29,171 nt of DNA from an uncultured Methanosarcinales archaeon (GCA_964597005.1 CAZQWP010000001.1:1-29171); one strand, 5' to 3'; positions 1 to 8,047 are shown, counted from the stretch's first letter. Translations and numbers: made by a program. Notes: generated from the sequence alone by a model not told the origin.

Positions 1-262
1 TTTCATAATAGATCAACAAATGTTGTCATCATTTTTGGGCACTTTCATGGTAAAAAAATGATAATTTTTGGTATAAAGAGAATACATTCTCTTCATAAAA
101 GAAAAGAAACTGTCAAAGTTGGGTTGAAAATAAATATAAAACAGCTTACAAGCTAAAATACGAAATAATGACTAATGCACTTAAGGGTAACTTTCATTAG
201 ATGATTTTGATACTCCGATTAAAAAGACAGATTTACTCCTGAATATTTCCAAAAAGGCTTTC

Positions 263-440
263 GAGGATTCTGATTAAACCCTAATTTTTATTTTTGAAAA
301 ACAATCTTGTTTAGACCTGGTTGAAATTTGACCCATATCCTGTTATTTTCCATCTTTTTCTTCAATATTTTGTTACTTTTAAGATAGCTTCCACTATCCT
401 AAATAGTTCCGTTTGGTTTAAAACTATAATCAGAATCCTC
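263..440. mobile_element. MITE (178 bp, non-autonomous), probably IS5-family derived
   Basis: Perfect 14-bp terminal inverted repeats GAGGATTCTGATTA (263-276) and TAATCAGAATCCTC (427-440). No transposase inside and no clear target-site duplication. The family assignment is inference. Confidence 0.75.
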
Positions 441-489
441 TGTAATTAATGACTACTCCAAAATAGCAGCAAAAACAAAGTACGACCAT

Positions 490-521
490 TGTGTAGCAAA
501 AATATTAATAATAGTAACACA
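490..521. promoter_or_regulatory. Putative NikR-like operator overlapping the nik promoter
   Basis: Imperfect dyad TGTGTAGC-N16-GTAACACA. It can also be read as GTAGCA-N16-TAACAC (493-520) with an AT-rich spacer, about 50 nt upstream of the nikK start. Confidence 0.4.
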
Positions 522-569
522 TATTTCTATTTATCTTGCAAAAATGTAGTTGTCAGAGGAGTTGTAATT

Positions 570-1535
570 TTGAAAAAAAAATTAATTAGGTTTGTTTTAC
601 TTACTGGACTTATTTTATGTTCTGTAAGTATGGCAAGTGCCCATTTCACAATGGTTTTTCCTAGTGATAGTGCGGGTACCGTATGGGATGTGTCACCTGA
701 GGATTATATAGCAGAGCTTGGCGATACTAAGACAATATATCTGATCTGGGGACATCCTTATGAGCATATATTATTTGATATGGGGTCTATACCTGAAGTG
801 TCTGTTGTGAAGCCAGACGGCACGCTTGAGCAATTGTCAGTGGAAGAAACCACTGTTGAAGGACAGGATGAGGATGGAAATGCCGGAACTTTCGTGGCTT
901 ACAAGACCTCGTTCACTGTCGACCAGATGGGAGATTCGGTTGTCGCTGTTAAATATCACGACTCTGAGGAAGATTTGGTAGACTACACCAAAGCGGTCAT
1001 CCACTGTGGTGAAGAGATGTGGATTGGCTGGGATGCAGAGGTTGGACAGGAGACCGAGATACTTCCATACATGCGACCATATGGTATGGAAGAAGGATTT
1101 GTATTTTCCGGACAGGCAAAATATGATGGTGAAATTCTTGCAGGTGCTCCTGTAGAGGTTGAAATATACCACACATTGGATGCGGGTATTGAGATTGTAG
1201 AAGCTGCAGAGGAAATGTTCCCATATGATGCACCTATGGTGTTTACGAGGCTTACCAAGTCCAATGCGGATGGAGAGTTTATGTATACACTTGATGAACC
1301 CGGAATATGGTTCGTTGGGGCTACAATGGAACCGGAAACAGGATCCTCCGTAAGAGGTGTGTTCATGATACCGGTGCTTGAGTCGTTTCCAGCAGTTGAA
1401 CAGTCCTCCCCATCCGCAGAACTCCAGCAAGCAGCAGAAAAACCTGTATCATCAGCAAGTGCGCCAGGTTTTGAGGCAATTCTTGCAATAACTGGAATTC
1501 TTGCAGCACTCTTTGTTACATCAAGGAGAAAATAA
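570..1535 (+). CDS. nikK: DUF4198/NikK-type secreted metal-binding protein with C-terminal PGF-CTERM sorting signal
   Basis: TTG start at 570 after RBS AGAGGAG (the track's 489 start is too far upstream). Signal peptide ends ASA|HFTMVFP. The C-terminus APGFEAILAITGILAALFVTSRRK is PGF + TM helix + basic tail. First gene of the ECF operon. Confidence 0.75.
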   Translation: MKKKLIRFVLLTGLILCSVSMASAHFTMVFPSDSAGTVWDVSPEDYIAELGDTKTIYLIWGHPYEHILFDMGSIPEVSVVKPDGTLEQLSVEETTVEGQDEDGNAGTFVAYKTSFTVDQMGDSVVAVKYHDSEEDLVDYTKAVIHCGEEMWIGWDAEVGQETEILPYMRPYGMEEGFVFSGQAKYDGEILAGAPVEVEIYHTLDAGIEIVEAAEEMFPYDAPMVFTRLTKSNADGEFMYTLDEPGIWFVGATMEPETGSSVRGVFMIPVLESFPAVEQSSPSAELQQAAEKPVSSASAPGFEAILAITGILAALFVTSRRK

Positions 1536-1553
1536 GAATTTTAAGCTGGAATC

Positions 1554-1570
1554 GGGAGGGTTTACCTCCC
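1554..1570 (+). other. Intergenic stem-loop GGGAGG-GTTTA-CCTCCC
   Basis: 6-bp GC-rich perfect stem 19 nt after the nikK stop. Confidence 0.5.
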
Positions 1571-1649
1571 CTTCTCAGTATATTTTTGCTGTAAAGTTAT
1601 GATGGATCGTTAATTTGTTAATTGCATTCTAAAAAAGGAGGATTAAACG

Positions 1650-2279
1650 GTGCACATATCAGATGGAGTTTTATCATCTTCTGTTATAATAGCTGGTTTC
1701 GTCATAACACTGGTATTGCTTATGATAACGCTGTGGTGGAGCATGAAGCAGAGTGATGTGAAAGAGCAAATACCAAAGCTTTCTGTGATGGCAGGAGCCT
1801 TTTTTGTAGCTTCCCTGATTCATATACCGGTTCCACCCACCTCTGTTCATCTGATACTAAATGGACTAATGGGTGTAGTTTTGGGAGCACTTTCATATCC
1901 CGCAATATTTATAGGTCTCACCCTGCAGGCAGTTTTATTCCAGCATGGTGGCTTCACGACCATCGGCATAAACACTATGAATATGGGGATTCCCGCATTG
2001 CTTGCTTATGGTATTTTCAAGATTGGATATCAAAAAGGCATTCCTCTTGTATTAATTGGAGCTATTTCGGGCGGTCTTGCAGTGTTCATTAGTGTGATTT
2101 TTTTGGCAATGTCCCTTATAACTACTGGTGAGGAATTTATTGATATTGCCAGACTTACTGCAATAGCCCATGTGCCAATTGTGATAATTGAAGCAATTGT
2201 AACCGGATCAGTGGTTGCTTTTCTTGCAAAAGTCAAACCAGAATTGTTACCTATTGATATGGAGAGAGATAAAAGATGA
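1650..2279 (+). CDS. nikM: ECF Ni/Co transporter substrate-binding S component (CbiM/NikM)
   Basis: GTG start with GGAGG RBS. N-terminal MHISDG metal-binding motif, PPTSVHL and HGG-TT-G-N motifs, multiple TM helices. Confidence 0.92.
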   Translation: MHISDGVLSSSVIIAGFVITLVLLMITLWWSMKQSDVKEQIPKLSVMAGAFFVASLIHIPVPPTSVHLILNGLMGVVLGALSYPAIFIGLTLQAVLFQHGGFTTIGINTMNMGIPALLAYGIFKIGYQKGIPLVLIGAISGGLAVFISVIFLAMSLITTGEEFIDIARLTAIAHVPIVIIEAIVTGSVVAFLAKVKPELLPIDMERDKR

Positions 2280-2737
2280 AGAAAATTAAAACTTTGAACT
2301 TTATACTACTGGTTTTAGTTCTCTGCACCACACTGATGCCGGTGGCGTCCGCACACAGGGTGTACCTACTGGAACAGATAAATGAAGTACAGATAAAATC
2401 ATGGTATGGTGGTGGAACCGCCATGGCAGATGCGGATATGGAGATCTACTCTATAAAAGATGGGCAGGAAGAACTGTATCTTAAGGGCAAGACCGATTCG
2501 GATGGAATGTTCTATTTCACACCAAAATTGGGGGTTTCCGAGTACAGGGCAGTGGTATCTGCAACAGGACATAAGACTGATAAGGTGATTGATTTTGCAG
2601 GAGGAGTACAGCAGGAAGAAGCAGAGCTCCCACTTGCGATGAGAATATTTGCAGGGTTTGGATATTTGATCGGTCTGGCTGGAATAGCAATGTATTTAGC
2701 AGCACGAAAATTGAAAAACGAACATTCAAATAATTAA
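2276..2737 (+). CDS. nikL: NikL-type auxiliary component: signal peptide, extracellular domain, C-terminal TM anchor
   Basis: ATGA overlap with nikM. Signal peptide ends ASA|HRVYL, followed by GKTDSDGMFYF and GH motifs and a C-terminal TM (IFAGFGYLIGLAGIAMY). It sits in the M-L-Q-O position. Confidence 0.65.
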   Translation: MKKIKTLNFILLVLVLCTTLMPVASAHRVYLLEQINEVQIKSWYGGGTAMADADMEIYSIKDGQEELYLKGKTDSDGMFYFTPKLGVSEYRAVVSATGHKTDKVIDFAGGVQQEEAELPLAMRIFAGFGYLIGLAGIAMYLAARKLKNEHSNN

Positions 2738-2754
2738 AGTGGAAATGTGACATC

Positions 2755-3516
2755 ATGGAATATCCTGAGATTGATAGATATGCATCACTTAAATCTCCAA
2801 TACATCAATTTGATCCGAGGGCAAAAATAATTAGTTTTTCCATTCTTATTTTTTTTGTTGTGTTTGTAAATGAACTTGATATTGCTGTTATTAACCTTTT
2901 TTTTTCATTTATCCTTATTCTTATCTCAAAACTCCCTATCAAATTCGTGCTTAACCGAATAAAATGGGTACTTTTATTTGTTCTTCCCTTCCTCATTATT
3001 ATGCCTTTTACTGCAGGTGGGTCTGAACTGATGACCATCGATGGAATAAAAATGACCCATGAAGGGCTTGTACTTGGAATCCTGATTGTTCTAAGGGCTA
3101 CATCAGCAGTGATGCTTATATTAACGATGCTTGCGACAATGAGGTTTGATACCACGATAAAGGCACTTTATATGCTGAATGTGCCGGGGTTGCTTATTCA
3201 AATGCTGATGTTCACGTACCGTTACATATTTGTTTTTTTAGACGAGTTTCTAAGAATGTGGAGGGCGATGGGGTCCAAAGGTTTTAAATTAAAGGCAAAC
3301 ATGTACGCACTCTCTATGCTTGGAAATGTGGTTGGTATGTTGATTGTCAAAAGTTACGAGAGGGCTGACAGGGTATATCAGTCGATGATCTCTAAAGGTT
3401 ATACGGGAAATCCAAAAACAATGGTAAAGTTCAATATGGTAGCAAAGGATTATGCTCTAGCCTTTCTTTTGATAGGTATTGCAATACTGCCGTATATAAG
3501 TAAGGTGGTTTTGTGA
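2755..3516 (+). CDS. nikQ: ECF transmembrane T component (CbiQ/NikQ)
   Basis: SPIHQFDPRAK N-terminus, RYIFVF and RAMGSKG, ERADRVYQSMISKGY coupling helices. Confidence 0.92.
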   Translation: MEYPEIDRYASLKSPIHQFDPRAKIISFSILIFFVVFVNELDIAVINLFFSFILILISKLPIKFVLNRIKWVLLFVLPFLIIMPFTAGGSELMTIDGIKMTHEGLVLGILIVLRATSAVMLILTMLATMRFDTTIKALYMLNVPGLLIQMLMFTYRYIFVFLDEFLRMWRAMGSKGFKLKANMYALSMLGNVVGMLIVKSYERADRVYQSMISKGYTGNPKTMVKFNMVAKDYALAFLLIGIAILPYISKVVL

Positions 3517-4427
3517 CACCGGAAGCCATATCTATCAGGTCTTTGAACTATTCATATCCAGACGGGACAAAAGCACTGGAAGATGTTACTATTAAAGTAG
3601 AAGCGGGTGAAAAGGTCGTAATAATTGGTCCGAACGGTGCTGGAAAAACCACACTCTTTCTACATCTAAATGGCATTATCAGGAGTTTGGAAGATAATGT
3701 TAGTGTATTTGGAAAAAACATCGGGAGAATGGCTACTGAAGAGCGGATAAAAGAGGTAGGAATTGTTTTTCAGGATCCAGATGATCAGCTGTTCATGCCC
3801 ACAATTTTTGATGATGTGGCATTCGGTCCAATCAACATGGGTTTGGATGAAGGAGAAGTGGAAAGAAGGGTGAAAAAAGCTCTTGCAACTGTTGGTCTGC
3901 TTGGCTATGAAGATAGAGTGCCGCATCATATGAGTTATGGGCAAAAGAAGAAAGCTGCACTTGCGTCTGTTCTTTCAATGGAACCAAGAATACTTGTACT
4001 GGATGAGCCCACAGCCAACCTCGACCCAAGGAGCAGGGTAGATTTCATACGGGTAATAAATGACCTAAACAAAAAAGAGGGGATTACAATTGTGATAGCG
4101 ATGCATGATGTGAATGCGCTTCCCGAACTTTCAGACCGTGTTTATGTTCTGAACAGGAGGGTTGTGGCAGAGGGTTCACCTAGAAAGATTTTTTCAGACT
4201 CTGGTCTCCTTAAAGAGAATAATCTTGAAGCTCCAGAGGTATTCAATCTCTTCAAGGTGCTAAGGTGTTTTGGATATAACTGTGATGATCTACCCCTCTC
4301 GATGTATGAAGCAGTTGAGGTGCTTACAAGAACAATAGAGGATGGGGACGGGCATGTTCACCTCCATATCCATGAGCACACCCATGAAGAGGTGAAAAAA
4401 ATAATGTATAGCTACAATCACCACTGA
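3513..4427 (+). CDS. nikO: ECF ATPase (CbiO/NikO) with His-rich C-terminal extension
   Basis: Walker A GPNGAGKTT, Q-loop FQDPDDQLF, signature variant MSYGQKK, Walker B LVLDEP, H-loop AMHD. Confidence 0.93.
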   Translation: MTPEAISIRSLNYSYPDGTKALEDVTIKVEAGEKVVIIGPNGAGKTTLFLHLNGIIRSLEDNVSVFGKNIGRMATEERIKEVGIVFQDPDDQLFMPTIFDDVAFGPINMGLDEGEVERRVKKALATVGLLGYEDRVPHHMSYGQKKKAALASVLSMEPRILVLDEPTANLDPRSRVDFIRVINDLNKKEGITIVIAMHDVNALPELSDRVYVLNRRVVAEGSPRKIFSDSGLLKENNLEAPEVFNLFKVLRCFGYNCDDLPLSMYEAVEVLTRTIEDGDGHVHLHIHEHTHEEVKKIMYSYNHH

Positions 4428-4707
4428 GAAAAGATCATAGAGAATTTTGGTCAAACGTTGCGATGGCACACCCAACCGCAGCAGAGCTGCGGGGTATAAT
4501 TATTAAGATTAAACCAACACAAATAGCAATATTTGATACGGCACAGTTCCAAAATCCAGTTATTTTGGCATTTATCGCATCAAACAATTTTCTAGATTGA
4601 TGACGATGCCAATCGAAATCGATGCAAATCAATGTTAATCAGTACCTTAAAATAACTGGAAAATGATATTGTGCCATTTGATACATAAAAACTATATTTA
4701 TTATTTT

Positions 4708-4918
4708 ATGATATCGTTTATTGATTTTGTATTGCGTGAAGAGTATGAACAGGTGAAACGTATTGGAGATAAATTATCAGAGATTGATTTGTTGATCAAC
4801 TGGGAAGCATTTCGACCTATAATTACAGGATTGTATAATAAAAATATCTAGAAGGGTTGCCGTTAAAATGGTCTTTGCTTCATTCGCATTCAACTTATTC
4901 CAGCTTACAACTCTCAAA
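4708..4918 (+). pseudogene. Internally deleted IS5-family transposase remnant
   Basis: 4708-4863 translates MISFIDFVLREEYEQVKRIGDKLSEIDLLINWEAFRPIITGLYNKNI*KGCR, resembling the methanogen IS5 transposase N-terminus (DKLxEIDxLIxWExFRP...GGRP). It is joined in another frame to VKMVFASFAFNLFQLTTLK (4862-4918), resembling the C-terminus. Confidence 0.7.
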
Positions 4919-5111
4919 AACGTCTATTTTGGAATCATACTGGCATTGGTATTCGCAGGCATTTATGTCCTAGTAATCGGGGCTAATGCTCTTGAAGCCT
5001 ATGTCATACTAAGCAAATATTTTGAAGGGTGGAGGACTCCTCTAGACGATATGAAACCAGGGATCTATATGGTAATCCTACCACATATTGCACATTTCTC
5101 CTGAAAAAGCA

Positions 5112-5136
5112 AGATATCTCTTGCAAGAGGATATCT
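5112..5136. repeat. Near-perfect 25-bp palindrome between convergent regions (possible terminator or binding site)
   Basis: AGATATCTCTTG|CAAGA(G)GATATCT: 12-bp arms with a single extra G. Confidence 0.55.
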
Positions 5137-5188
5137 AGATCAATGAATATTTAGATAAATGAGGATAAATACGAGATTATGTCCTGCA

Positions 5189-6049
5189 CTATGTTCGGCA
5201 GACGCCGTTCTTGGCGTTCAGGTAGGAATCCCTTGCGATCTGTGCGCTGCCTTTTATATCCACGATCTCCATGTCAAACTTCCTGGCTATCTTAAGGACA
5301 TTCTTGTTAAAATCCGGGTCCCGTGAAATTTCCGTATGTATCCTGGCGAGCCTACTGTATCTCGGGTTTTTCAGGGTTTTTATATCGAAGTCCGGAGAAC
5401 TGAAGCCTTCATTCTCCATTTCGTCCCAACTGGAAGCCCACATGGGGGTCAAGTAGATCGTGCCCACTCCCCTGTTGCTCAGCATGGTGTCTGCATATTC
5501 ATCATTGCCTCCAAGAGCTGCACTGATGCAGTCTTCCACCTTTTCCCCAATCCCGTCCCTGAGGAAGTAAAGGGAGCAATCCAGTTCCTTAAAATCGGTT
5601 TCAATGTTTCCCAGTGAATGTCCGCATGTGCCGTAAAAAATGAGTATTCCATCTGAAAAACCTGCCATTTCCTCTATGTTCCGGTAGACCTCAGATCTCA
5701 GGATATCGATGTCTGTATGCAAGGCAAGTTTCATCATGTTAACGACCACTGTGACATTTCTTCTGCCCTTATCTTCCATTTTCTCATGGACCTGTCCGAA
5801 AACCGAAAATCTCTTTAGGGGACTTATGAGTTTCATGAACAGAGAGCTTTGCGTTCCTTTCAGAAGGGATGGAACCCTGTCCAGAGGAGCTATCCAGGGC
5901 TGGCAGTTTTCGGACCTGAACTTTTGCAGAAGGCTGAAATATTCCCTGTTCTGAACTATGACAAGCTGCTTCAGGTCCCGATCTTCCGAGAGGACATACG
6001 CGAGTTCGTCTTCAAGCATCCCGCAGGCAATTATACTCAGTACAGGCAT
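5189..6049 (-). CDS. DUF1638 domain-containing protein
   Basis: Motifs IIACGMLEDE, LH-D-D-LR, GILIFYGTCG, EDCISAALGG, YLTPMW are typical of DUF1638. Confidence 0.8.
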   Translation of the reverse strand: MPVLSIIACGMLEDELAYVLSEDRDLKQLVIVQNREYFSLLQKFRSENCQPWIAPLDRVPSLLKGTQSSLFMKLISPLKRFSVFGQVHEKMEDKGRRNVTVVVNMMKLALHTDIDILRSEVYRNIEEMAGFSDGILIFYGTCGHSLGNIETDFKELDCSLYFLRDGIGEKVEDCISAALGGNDEYADTMLSNRGVGTIYLTPMWASSWDEMENEGFSSPDFDIKTLKNPRYSRLARIHTEISRDPDFNKNVLKIARKFDMEIVDIKGSAQIARDSYLNAKNGVCRT

Positions 6050-6198
6050 TGGTGAACCATCTTATAAGTGATCGATCGTTTTTAATAACGCTTTGATAAT
6101 TAAACAAGCCGATTCGATTTCAAATTTTTGTTGCTGCAAGGGATTTTTGCAGGACAGAACCTGAATGAATTTATAACTTGAAATATAAGATAGAAGCT

Positions 6199-6702
6199 AT
6201 GTGGAGCGTAGTACTCAAAAGGTTCGAAAAGCACCCGGCACAGGCAAAGGTCCTGAAGCTGCTTTTTGAACGGGGTTTTCAGGTAAACGATGACGGAAAA
6301 GTTACGTCAGGCAGCATCGAGATCGCACATACTCAGCTTGCAAAGGAGGCAGGTGTTGACAGGCGCGTGGTTGATTCGACCACGGATGCGATATTATCGG
6401 ACGAACTACTAAAAAATATATTCCAGAACGTGCATTCGATACCTTTTTTACGGGATGTGGCACCGTCGCTGGGCTTGGGAGTGATAATCATTACGCCGGA
6501 AGATGCTGCACATACCGGGATACTGGCAGAGGCCGCCAAGATGATCTCCGACAATGGGATCAGCATCCGTCAGGCGGTTTCAGACGACCCGTATTTTACT
6601 GAGGAAGCAAGGCTTACCATCATTACGGATACAAAGGTACCCGGGAACCTGATAGAGGAGATGCTTAAACACCCCTACATCAAAGGCGTTACCGTGTATT
6701 GA
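6199..6702 (+). CDS. Archaeal ACT-domain amino-acid-binding regulator (COG2150-like)
   Basis: MWSVVLKRFEKHPAQ N-terminus, HTH-like LAKEAGVDRRVVD, ACT motif GILAEAAKMISDNGISIRQ. ATG 6199 lies about 23 nt after TTTATAA, so the mRNA is probably leaderless. Confidence 0.8.
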   Translation: MWSVVLKRFEKHPAQAKVLKLLFERGFQVNDDGKVTSGSIEIAHTQLAKEAGVDRRVVDSTTDAILSDELLKNIFQNVHSIPFLRDVAPSLGLGVIIITPEDAAHTGILAEAAKMISDNGISIRQAVSDDPYFTEEARLTIITDTKVPGNLIEEMLKHPYIKGVTVY

Positions 6703-6847
6703 ATGCAGATGTCAAAGTGTGTTTTCAGATAATCGGTAATTCATATAAGCCTGACACATAAACGCCGCAAACACCCAAAGCTCTTCGGTCAATTCCTATA
6801 AAAAATGACTTTAAACCATAGAGTGTTAGAGAAGTAGCACATAATAA

Positions 6848-8047
6848 TCACAATACTGTTCTTGCAAAGGCGAGGAAGACGTTGAGCATTTGCAGGGAAT
6901 TGGTGTGGGACAGCAGTTTTTTTATCAGGACGGATGGCTGGTCCATATCACCGTATTCTGTGATCATGTCCAGAATCGCGGGGTTGTTCATGGAGGTGAG
7001 GAGGTCGTCAAGTTCGGCATCGTTCAGTCCTCCCATGTATTCATGGATCTTCATGCCAATTCCAAGTTCCCTTTGAAGTTTTTGACGCCACCTTGTTTCA
7101 TACTCATTGAGACGAATGGATGATGCATCCCCCTCGCTGGTGGCAAGGGCTGCAACCTCACCTGCGATCTTTGCGCATAAAGCACCTGTGTAGACCCCTC
7201 CGCCTGATGTTGGCTTGACCTGTCCGGCAGCATCCCCTACGATCATGACACCCTCGGAAACGGTCCTTTTCAGCGGTCCAAGAGGGATGCCGCCGATCAC
7301 GAAGTCAAGGGAACCGCCGCCATATTGCTTTGAGACGTGGGGATTTGAGTCGAGCAGGCGGTTAAGATATCCCAACGAAGCGGTTTCAGAACCTGCAGGA
7401 ACCGCAAGCCCGATGCGGGATATGTGGTCACTAACAGGCACGGTCCATGCAAAGAAACCGGGTGCAGGGGAACCAGGGAACAGCTCGACAAAATTATTGT
7501 CCTTTGAAACGTAGGGGGCTTCAACCTGTATACCAGAGAGGACCTTCTGCACCTGCCCGAGACCTGCCATTTTTGAGATCTTCCCCTGAACGCCGTCAGC
7601 CCCGATCACCACGCCGGCTGTTATGGTCTTTTTAAGCCCTCTGTGCAGTACGTCCACTTTCTGGACCGTGGGTCCGGTTTCAAGCCCTATCGCCTTTGTC
7701 CTGAGAAGGATGTCCGCACCGGCTTCCGTTGCCATGGCGACAAGCCTTCGGTCGAACATCTTCCTGGATACTGCATAGGCTTTTGTTTTGCCGCCGTCGA
7801 TGGGAAGGCAGCAGCCTCCCGGAGAATAGATGAATGCGCCGCGCACATCGTTCAGTACAAACTCGTCCGAGGGCTTGACATCGCACTCTGAGACGGCACG
7901 GGTGCTGAGCAGTCCGGTGCACTCCACAGGGGAACCAATGGATGCATGTTCCTCGATCAACAATACACTGGCACCGTTGTTTGCAGCATAACGCGCGGTG
8001 GTAGAGCCCACTGGTCCTGCCCCCACTACTACCACGTCGTAGTTCAT
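6848..8047 (-). CDS. Geranylgeranyl reductase family flavoprotein (digeranylgeranylglycerophospholipid reductase-like)
   Basis: Rossmann DVVVVGAGPVG, CTG motif, GADG, GFFAW-VP, VGDAAGQVKPTSGGG. Confidence 0.9.
   Translation of the reverse strand: MNYDVVVVGAGPVGSTTARYAANNGASVLLIEEHASIGSPVECTGLLSTRAVSECDVKPSDEFVLNDVRGAFIYSPGGCCLPIDGGKTKAYAVSRKMFDRRLVAMATEAGADILLRTKAIGLETGPTVQKVDVLHRGLKKTITAGVVIGADGVQGKISKMAGLGQVQKVLSGIQVEAPYVSKDNNFVELFPGSPAPGFFAWTVPVSDHISRIGLAVPAGSETASLGYLNRLLDSNPHVSKQYGGGSLDFVIGGIPLGPLKRTVSEGVMIVGDAAGQVKPTSGGGVYTGALCAKIAGEVAALATSEGDASSIRLNEYETRWRQKLQRELGIGMKIHEYMGGLNDAELDDLLTSMNNPAILDMITEYGDMDQPSVLIKKLLSHTNSLQMLNVFLAFARTVL

Noticed and set aside
1-262. Possible gene start on the minus strand at position 6 and small dyads in the AT-rich leader
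   Set aside because: Only two codons lie inside the window, so there is no way to support a call.
489-569. ORF-track N-terminal extension of nikK
   Set aside because: It overlaps the promoter/operator. TTG 570 has an RBS and begins a proper signal peptide.
4435-4632. 65-aa minus-strand ORF with a hydrophobic stretch
   Set aside because: No recognisable motif or RBS, and it lies in decayed sequence next to the IS remnant.
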